From a bacterium (GTDB lineage Bacteria; Patescibacteriota; Minisyncoccia; Phycocordibacterales; JAKAEA01): a stretch of DNA of 64,000 nt. The notes under the pieces are model-generated. The model did no database searches, was not told the DNA's origin, and saw only the letters and a list, made by a program, of their open reading frames with translations. The translations under genes were made by a program, and so were the position numbers. Location: contig JAKAEA010000001.1 of assembly GCA_021818465.1 (NCBI GenBank), positions 41,972-105,971 on the forward strand, read 5' to 3'. Within the stretch, counting starts at the first letter, position 1. Every line of letters begins with the position of its first letter. Positions 57,386-64,000 of the stretch are shown here, piece after piece.

Positions 57386-58419
57386 CCATTATTTCCCCCA
57401 CCAAAACCAATAGTAATACTAGCTGATCCTGTTTGAAATGCTTTCGTTCCATTAGTAACCGTTACAGATACGGTGGAATTGCCGGTTTGGCCGGATGGTG
57501 GCGCAACGTTAAGAATTTGCCCTGTTTGACCAGAGATGGTCTGATTATTCATTGTCCACGAAAAAGAAGTTTGGGTAGTATATGGCGTACTAATATCAAA
57601 AAAATACGGCATAACATCAAGACCTGTTTGATTGGTCAGTGTAAGATTTTGCCCTAAAGCTTCATTGAGTAAGAGGCCATAGAGAGGGCTTTCTTGATAG
57701 AGAATAACAGAAGGATTGGTTCCCGCTAAAGAAATACTACTTTGTGCTGATTGACTACCATCTGGAGATGTTGCCGTAACGGTAACATTAATTGGTTTAA
57801 GAAGAATACTTCCTGTTAACGTAATGGTGTTTTTACCAAAACCAGATATGTTAGACATTGCTTGGTTATCGATTTTCCAAGAATATATAGCATTTGTAGG
57901 TTGAGAGAGGGCAAAAGTAGGCATTGCGGTTATGGTTACGTTACCCTGATAAGGGAAAAGGGCTTTACCAAGGTAAAAAGGCGGAGTATAAGAATGAGCT
58001 TGCCAAAGAAGATCGACGGTCGCCGGTGTAACAGAGACATTTTTTGTAATAACGGTCCCATCTTGAAGGGTGACGACTGCTTTAATAGTTTCGGTTTTTC
58101 CAGCATTACCGGCGGTGATTTGTAGCGACGTGTCTCCCACCCCGCTACTCATTTTTACGCCATTAACCATCCAAACAATGGTTGCGGCATTTAAATTGTC
58201 TTGAAAATCTTGTAGAGAAAAAGAAATTACTTCACCCGGACTTGCATATTGAGGCGATACGGACAAACTAATGCCTCCCTGACCAACAGATGATGTTAGA
58301 TTGTTGTAATAGTTACTCGGTATGTTTAAAACATTAGAATTGGTGGTTTGAGCAAAAGCCTGAAGAGCTGGAAGACCTAGAAAAAATATTCCCATAACCA
58401 CTATGAGGGTTTTTCGCAT
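57382..58419 (-). CDS. Secreted Ig-like domain protein
   Basis: Signal peptide, beta-rich W.(V/I)N repeats, SYTPPFY.GKAL. Confidence 0.6.
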   Translation of the reverse strand: MRKTLIVVMGIFFLGLPALQAFAQTTNSNVLNIPSNYYNNLTSSVGQGGISLSVSPQYASPGEVISFSLQDFQDNLNAATIVWMVNGVKMSSGVGDTSLQITAGNAGKTETIKAVVTLQDGTVITKNVSVTPATVDLLWQAHSYTPPFYLGKALFPYQGNVTITAMPTFALSQPTNAIYSWKIDNQAMSNISGFGKNTITLTGSILLKPINVTVTATSPDGSQSAQSSISLAGTNPSVILYQESPLYGLLLNEALGQNLTLTNQTGLDVMPYFFDISTPYTTQTSFSWTMNNQTISGQTGQILNVAPPSGQTGNSTVSVTVTNGTKAFQTGSASITIGFGGGNNG

Positions 58420-58469
58420 GAGATTATTTTACCACATTAAAGATATTATCCCTCTCTTTAAAACCAGAA

Positions 58470-58796
58470 TCACTTTTTAATAACACTATTTTTTACAAAC
58501 CGGCCTTTGGTAGTAAAGTAAACCCCCAATACTTCAACTGTCCAAGCAAAAGAATCAATAAAAGGTATGAGATCAAGAATAAAGCCCGATATGTATGATA
58601 TAAGCGGTCCTTTAGTAAATTTTACACCAAGTATTTTATACCAAAGCCAGAATACATAACCAACTGCTACATCAATACCAATATTAATCACAACACCAAC
58701 ACCAAGAAAATCGAGAATTAATTCAATGATATCTACCACAAAAGAAAACATCAACATAAGAATAAGCATTTCTATACCAATATGACCTCTAGACAT
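58470..58796 (-). CDS. Small membrane protein
   Basis: Hydrophobic 108-aa ORF directly after the VirB4-like gene. Confidence 0.6.
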   Translation of the reverse strand: MSRGHIGIEMLILMLMFSFVVDIIELILDFLGVGVVINIGIDVAVGYVFWLWYKILGVKFTKGPLISYISGFILDLIPFIDSFAWTVEVLGVYFTTKGRFVKNSVIKK

Positions 58797-58799
58797 ACA

Positions 58800-60629
58800 C
58801 TATGTGGTATTAGTAGACGGCTGAGGTTTGGTGCTGGACGCTAGTTCCGTCTTACTCTTTTTAATGGCAAAAATCTGAGATGGATCAGAAGTAATAATTT
58901 GATCTTCAGTGTATGAAGCAATAACCTTCAGAGCAACATGTTTGAGACCGGCAAAGAAAATTCCTTCCCCTACCCCAGATTCCAAGAGTAGATATTTTTC
59001 TTCGTCAGTAAGGTTGAACGTTTGTTGTAGTTTATCTATAGCAGTCGGCGATTGTTTGAGTAAAAATTGGATCGATGAGTTGGTAATAATAGGCACCCCA
59101 TATGGAGAACCGAGAAAATCGCCGACATCCTGGGTGATGGTTGCCACGCCAAGATAATATTTACGACCACGTTTAACTAGACTCATCAAAAATGAGGCAG
59201 TGTCTTCAGAGCGCATCATCCACCACGCTTCATCGATAACCAGGAGGCGTTTTTTAATGTCGCGGCGAATGCTGTTCCAGATGTAGTGGGTAATGATATA
59301 CATTGCAATCGGTTTCATTTCGTCTTCCATGTCACGCACCGAAAAAACGACAAACTTCTTATTCATATCGACATTGGAGGGATTATTAAGAAATCCTGCC
59401 CAGGTTCCTTTGGTGTATTTGGTAAGACGTTGGGCAAGTGATGCGCCACCCTCCATACCTGCTAGTACGAGTTCAAAATCAGAAAGAAGTGGCGGTTCTA
59501 TGTTGGTGAAATTACTCTCGGGAGTGATGTCTTTTAGGGCGTACGTTTCGCTGATGGCACGATCCACAATAGCATCTTCTTCTGGCGTTAAGCCGCCCAT
59601 CATCAAACGGAAAAGACCAACGAGGTTAATGATGTTGGAGCGTAAAATTTCAGCCGGAGATTCATCGGGTAAAATCGGTGGCAATTCAAAAGGGTTGATA
59701 TGGTGCTCTGAATTAAGAGAAATGTTAAAAAAACGTCCGCCGGTAGCGTTTGCCAAATATTCATACTCGTTTTCTGGGTCAATGGCAATAACGGAGGTGT
59801 CAAACATCAGGGAGCGTAAAATTTCCAATTTGGTCGCATACGATTTACCAGAGCCAGATTTTGCAAAGGTGATGGAGTTGTAGTTTTCCAAAGAAAAACG
59901 GTCAAACAAAACGAGCGATGAATTGTGACGATTAATACCATACAAAATCCCCTTATCAGACGTGAGGTCAAAAGATATAAAAGGAAACACACTGGATAAT
60001 GTTGAAGAGTTTATTTTGGAATTAACAGCAAGTTCGTCATTACCCAGAGGTATCATAGTGCGAAACCCAACCTCTTGTTGAAAAAGAGCTGGTTTAACGT
60101 AAATAAGTTTTGATTCTAAAATTGTTTTAATTTCCGATTCAAATTTATCAAGCTCTGTTTCATTATCGCCGTATACAGAGATATACAGGCCAACGTCAAA
60201 AAGTTTTTCTTGGGCCTGCTGAAGTTGGTCGCGAAGGTTTTCTAAATCTTGATACGCAGTATCAAGCATTGGATCGCGAACCAACCCTTTTTCTTCGCGG
60301 GTCGAAATCTGGCTTTCTACCTCCGCTACTTTTTTCTGAAAATGACGCAAAATGGTGGCAGTATCTATGGGGTGAAAAAAAATAGAAATATCAAACACCC
60401 TATCGAGATCAATAATAGGTGCGAACCAACCCTCAGACAAAAAACGCGGGTAAGAAATAACAAAAAATGTTCGCAACATTTTATCGCCAAGTGAAATTGA
60501 GCGTGGCGTTATTTTTAAGGCCGACGGTGCTAAAATATCCTTAAATTCCAAGTTGGAAGCTTGATAGAGCTGTGCCGGTAAGGCGACGTTTGCTGGTGCG
60601 ATTTTTTCTTTTTTCGAAAATCCAAACAT
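58800..60629 (-). CDS. VirB4/TraC-like type IV secretion ATPase
   Basis: YGIN..N.SLV.FDRF, AKSGSGKS Walker A, IDPENEY, INPF, IDEAW Walker B, RGRKY, ITQDV.DF. Confidence 0.9.
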   Translation of the reverse strand: MFGFSKKEKIAPANVALPAQLYQASNLEFKDILAPSALKITPRSISLGDKMLRTFFVISYPRFLSEGWFAPIIDLDRVFDISIFFHPIDTATILRHFQKKVAEVESQISTREEKGLVRDPMLDTAYQDLENLRDQLQQAQEKLFDVGLYISVYGDNETELDKFESEIKTILESKLIYVKPALFQQEVGFRTMIPLGNDELAVNSKINSSTLSSVFPFISFDLTSDKGILYGINRHNSSLVLFDRFSLENYNSITFAKSGSGKSYATKLEILRSLMFDTSVIAIDPENEYEYLANATGGRFFNISLNSEHHINPFELPPILPDESPAEILRSNIINLVGLFRLMMGGLTPEEDAIVDRAISETYALKDITPESNFTNIEPPLLSDFELVLAGMEGGASLAQRLTKYTKGTWAGFLNNPSNVDMNKKFVVFSVRDMEDEMKPIAMYIITHYIWNSIRRDIKKRLLVIDEAWWMMRSEDTASFLMSLVKRGRKYYLGVATITQDVGDFLGSPYGVPIITNSSIQFLLKQSPTAIDKLQQTFNLTDEEKYLLLESGVGEGIFFAGLKHVALKVIASYTEDQIITSDPSQIFAIKKSKTELASSTKPQPSTNTT

Positions 60630-60632
60630 ATA

Positions 60633-61280
60633 CTATTTTACATTTGTTAATTTTATAGGCTTCTCGGTTTCGCCAGGATTAAATAATTTATAGAAAAGCT
60701 CGGTAATTTCTTCTGGACCGAGTTCTACTGAGCGCAGACCACAGCTTTGTAAACCCTGCTCTACCACTGCCACGCGCTCTTCTAGTTGAATGCGTCGTTC
60801 CTCAAACGCTTCAGACTCCCTCTCGCTCGCATTTTTTGCTGAATTTTTACCGAATGGTAAAAATTTTCTTGCCGAACCCGTACCTAAAATTGTTGCAGAA
60901 TATGGTACTACAATAAAAAAACTTTTACTCATTATGTTGTGCGTTTCAGTAAAATCTTTAATAAAACCAATGTATTCGTTAATTTGAACTTTCATTAAAT
61001 CATCAACTTGTTGCTTCGATCGCTCTTCTAGCAGAGCGAGATACGGACGAATATCTAATTTTCGTGATTCTACGAAAATTTGAATAGTAAAATCAAGAGA
61101 ATTAAGAAGGTTTTGAAATTGGTAGAGTATTGATTGTTGCTCATCGGACGATTTAAGAGCGAAATTAGTAGCGGATACAAAAAGTACGGCCCTAAGAGAA
61201 CCATCTTTTAAAATTGCGGTGGTGTCGCGAATTTCTTTTATAGGAACAAAATCTTGCGTTGGACGACCAATGGTAGTCAT
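60633..61280 (-). CDS. T4SS-associated protein (VirB4 N-terminal-like)
   Basis: NF.LKS..EQ..I...FQ..LNSL.F.IQI; lies between the PrgI and VirB4 genes. Confidence 0.65.
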   Translation of the reverse strand: MTTIGRPTQDFVPIKEIRDTTAILKDGSLRAVLFVSATNFALKSSDEQQSILYQFQNLLNSLDFTIQIFVESRKLDIRPYLALLEERSKQQVDDLMKVQINEYIGFIKDFTETHNIMSKSFFIVVPYSATILGTGSARKFLPFGKNSAKNASERESEAFEERRIQLEERVAVVEQGLQSCGLRSVELGPEEITELFYKLFNPGETEKPIKLTNVK

Positions 61281-61308
61281 ACTGCCTATTGTACCATTTT
61301 ATCATACA

Positions 61309-61740
61309 CTACGTATTAGTTTTGTTTCCGGCGGTTACGGGATTATTAGCTTCCCTAACATCAAGTGTCCAAGCGAGATCTTTAAGTTTGCTGTCAGAAA
61401 GTTTTGGAATAAATTCAGTTACCGAAACCTCCTCAGATTCTCTGGGTATATTTAATGGGCGTTCTTCTTTGTGCCATATATACAGTTTTGGATGAATAAG
61501 GTAGAGAACAAATGATTCTAGAGCATCAATAAAAGGTCGGTTATTAACTTTATAGAACGCTAAGGTTGCAGCCAGTGCAAGAATAAGAATTATTGGAATA
61601 ATAGAAATGTACAGTGGTAAAAAAAGATATAACGCAATGGATGCACCGATACCACCAGCAACATATAGGAATTGTTTCCAGGTTAAGGGGCCAAAAATTT
61701 TGTCCTCTACGTCGATGAATTGAGGTACTTGGTAACGCAC
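61309..61740 (-). CDS. PrgI-family membrane protein
   Basis: VPQFIDVEDKIFGPLT.KQF, two TMs, RPF. Confidence 0.8.
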   Translation of the reverse strand: MRYQVPQFIDVEDKIFGPLTWKQFLYVAGGIGASIALYLFLPLYISIIPIILILALAATLAFYKVNNRPFIDALESFVLYLIHPKLYIWHKEERPLNIPRESEEVSVTEFIPKLSDSKLKDLAWTLDVREANNPVTAGNKTNT

Positions 61741-61759
61741 ACTATAAGTATAGCATGCA

Positions 61760-62629
61760 CTACGACGTTGGTGGTTCGCGATATGGATCCGTGCCAGCAG
61801 GATATATGGGAGGCACGGCGGGTTTTGAGAATGGCGCAGCGCTCGATTTTTCTGTAGGTTCAGGCGAAACGTCTATCTCTTGGCGAGGAATGTTTACTGG
61901 GCCATTTAATTTTGTGAGTCCAATTGAATCATTTTTGCCGAGAATTTTATTAACTTCAGCATTTATATCAGTCATATTTACTGCGGGCCTCTCTTTTTGA
62001 GGAATCGTTGTGGAAATTGTGGTAGAGGTTGTTGTGGGTGCTTGGAGAATGGTGGTTGGTGGAAAAACGCCACCCGTATTTTCCGTTTCAGATTTTACAG
62101 CATTGAGCGCATTCAGTTTTTGAATGAATGAATCGGCGGCTGCGGTATCCGTGACTTTATTTTGAGTAAGATTTGAACGTGGCAAGACGGAGGTGTAGCT
62201 TGATGCTGGTTTTTCTACACCATACGCCGGAATGCCAACAAATTTTTTAATATCACCAAGAGGCTTCGCAGGTGCTGGTAATTCTTCGAGTACTTTATGG
62301 GGCACCTCCTCGCCGTTCGTTGTTTGATCAAATATTTCATACATTTCATCCAAAATCTTCTCCGACACTTCATCAAATAGAGTGTCGGCAATATCATCGC
62401 CAAATTCTAATTCTTCTTTAAGAAAATTAATAAATTCATCGGGCTTGGCAAGGCCAACTTCAAGCGCAATTAGCATTGTACGGAAATCTTTTTCATTTTC
62501 TTCGGGTATATCAAATTCATTAATGATTTCGTCCAGAATTTCAAATGTTTTTTCATGCATTAAATAATCCTTAACCGCATTAGGTAGTGCATCAAACGCT
62601 TCTTGAAGTTGGGTAAGTGTATACGTCAT
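61760..62629 (-). CDS. Hypothetical protein (acidic helical N-terminus, disordered tail)
   Basis: F..LP...KD N-terminus, Pro/Thr linker, C-terminal DPYREP. Confidence 0.65.
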   Translation of the reverse strand: MTYTLTQLQEAFDALPNAVKDYLMHEKTFEILDEIINEFDIPEENEKDFRTMLIALEVGLAKPDEFINFLKEELEFGDDIADTLFDEVSEKILDEMYEIFDQTTNGEEVPHKVLEELPAPAKPLGDIKKFVGIPAYGVEKPASSYTSVLPRSNLTQNKVTDTAAADSFIQKLNALNAVKSETENTGGVFPPTTILQAPTTTSTTISTTIPQKERPAVNMTDINAEVNKILGKNDSIGLTKLNGPVNIPRQEIDVSPEPTEKSSAAPFSKPAVPPIYPAGTDPYREPPTS

Positions 62630-62633
62630 ATTA

Positions 62634-64000
62634 TTAAGGTGTGTTTGTTTGTTCGTTCAGTATCTTTTCAATATTTTCATATTGTTTAGGAGTTGCAGCA
62701 CTTGATTTCAAGAACTGTAGACCGCGCTTTGTTTTCGCTAGTGTTTTAATGACTGTCTTATCATTAAGTATATTGGGAGAAATGTGTTCAAAGACCTTAA
62801 ATTTTGTATTCTTTGTTATTTCTTCGATTCTGTCTTTATCGTTGGCATCAATAGCGGTTTGGAGATCGGCACCGATAATTTCTGCTTGTTCTTTATTCTC
62901 ATCAATTTTTTCATCATCTTTCTTTGTTTTCTTGTGAGTCGCCATATTCTCCACGGCCTTATCGTAGGAAGCAGCAGATTTACCCCCTAAAATGGAAGTG
63001 GGATTCATACCGCCGAATCTGTGTGCGCGTTCTCTTTGTCTGATGGCAAAAGCTATTTGTTTCGCCTCTTTTTCTTGCTGGATGGATTTTTGTGCGGCCT
63101 TCATTTCTTTATCGGCATTTCGATAGTTAGTAAGAGCGTCATTTCTAGCTTTTAGAATTTCTGATACTTTTTTATTACCAACAAAGCCGTCTTCTCGGAA
63201 TTTTTTAATGCGTTCTTTTATTTCTGCCTCTACCTTTTCACGGTCTTCACCTGTAGCGCCTCTATTCTCATTTTCAATGGTAGCGCGTATTTTAGCCTCT
63301 TCTGATCGTAAGGCTTGCGCATTTCTTTCCGCGACAGCAAGTTGGCGACCAGCGTTTTGTTTATTAAAACGTGTATTTCTTAAGCGCATCACTGATTCTT
63401 GCGATGCTCCGCCGCCTGCCGCATATTCTTTCTCGAGTTCTTCTGCTCCGCGCTCAATTTCTTTTATTCGTCCACCCTCTCCCCTGCCTTTACCAAATTT
63501 CATACCACTTTTTTCGCTCAGTTTTTTAACAGTCTGAGTATTGCGAAAATCAAAACTCGCTTTACTTGTTTGTTCAATACCCGCTGTGGTTACTTTTGCC
63601 AAACCTCGCACAATACCAAGTTTTGATTGTCTAAGGTCCCGTAGTTTTTGACCGGCTACACTTTCATCGCTAAGTAATTTGGCTGCTGTTCCGCCAATAA
63701 CACGTCTACCAGCACGACCCGTAACACTAGCCGCACCTCGTCCTGCTAGCCCTCCGGCAAAAGTTGCACCTCGTCCTACTAGCGTCCCTCCAAACTTAAA
63801 TGAGCCATTGACGGCGCCACTAGCCCAACCGGCGGCTTTGCCGGCGATCGATGCACCTTGAGAAGCATATTTAACAGCTATTAATAACGCGGCGTTCATA
63901 AGAGCTATTATGAGAATAAAAAAGAAGATTTGATCAAAAGCGCTACAGCTATTGCTATTAGAGGCACATGCTCCAAAAGTTGCGGTAGTGGGTGGAGTGG
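62634..64000 (-). CDS. Partial VirB6/TrbL-like membrane protein (C-terminal part)
   Basis: Frame stays open to the window edge; last TM followed by a Gly/Ala-rich stretch and coiled coil; T4SS context. Confidence 0.5.
   Translation of the reverse strand, partial: TPPTTATFGACASNSNSCSAFDQIFFFILIIALMNAALLIAVKYASQGASIAGKAAGWASGAVNGSFKFGGTLVGRGATFAGGLAGRGAASVTGRAGRRVIGGTAAKLLSDESVAGQKLRDLRQSKLGIVRGLAKVTTAGIEQTSKASFDFRNTQTVKKLSEKSGMKFGKGRGEGGRIKEIERGAEELEKEYAAGGGASQESVMRLRNTRFNKQNAGRQLAVAERNAQALRSEEAKIRATIENENRGATGEDREKVEAEIKERIKKFREDGFVGNKKVSEILKARNDALTNYRNADKEMKAAQKSIQQEKEAKQIAFAIRQRERAHRFGGMNPTSILGGKSAASYDKAVENMATHKKTKKDDEKIDENKEQAEIIGADLQTAIDANDKDRIEEITKNTKFKVFEHISPNILNDKTVIKTLAKTKRGLQFLKSSAATPKQYENIEKILNEQTNTP

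Overview
This 64-kb chromosomal window looks like a Patescibacteria/CPR (Parcubacteria-like) genome. The evidence is: secE-nusG-rplK with no rplA after it, a short YebC, a PolA lacking most of the 3'-5' exonuclease region, type IV pilus genes and a VirB4/PrgI-type locus beside the origin. It contains the replication origin (dnaN-dnaA-rpmH-rnpA-yidC with DnaA boxes), eight tRNA genes, DNA repair genes and a thiol-redox operon. The main find is a complete diversity-generating retroelement (DGR) at about 17.3-20.0 kb, next to tRNA-His. It has a reverse transcriptase, an Avd-like gene, and a 123-bp template repeat (TR) and variable repeat (VR) that differ at 17 positions, all of them TR adenines. 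Its layout is unusual: avd is inverted, sits between TR and RT, and may be frameshifted at a C7 tract. Two further target-like genes that do not match this TR lie nearby, together with a duplicated 116-bp promoter/leader cassette. A second island, flanked by tRNAs (33.4-37.6 kb), encodes a PanD homologue lacking the aspartate-binding Arg54, a CofE-like amide ligase, an atypical cysteine-synthase-like PLP enzyme, a membrane protein and a TrmB regulator; this may be an undescribed small-molecule pathway. Other observations are a ~220-nt structured ncRNA candidate upstream of ruvB, a tRNA-Arg(GCG), and apparently leaderless core genes alongside SD-led accessory genes. All alignments and counts were done by eye; no database searches were run.
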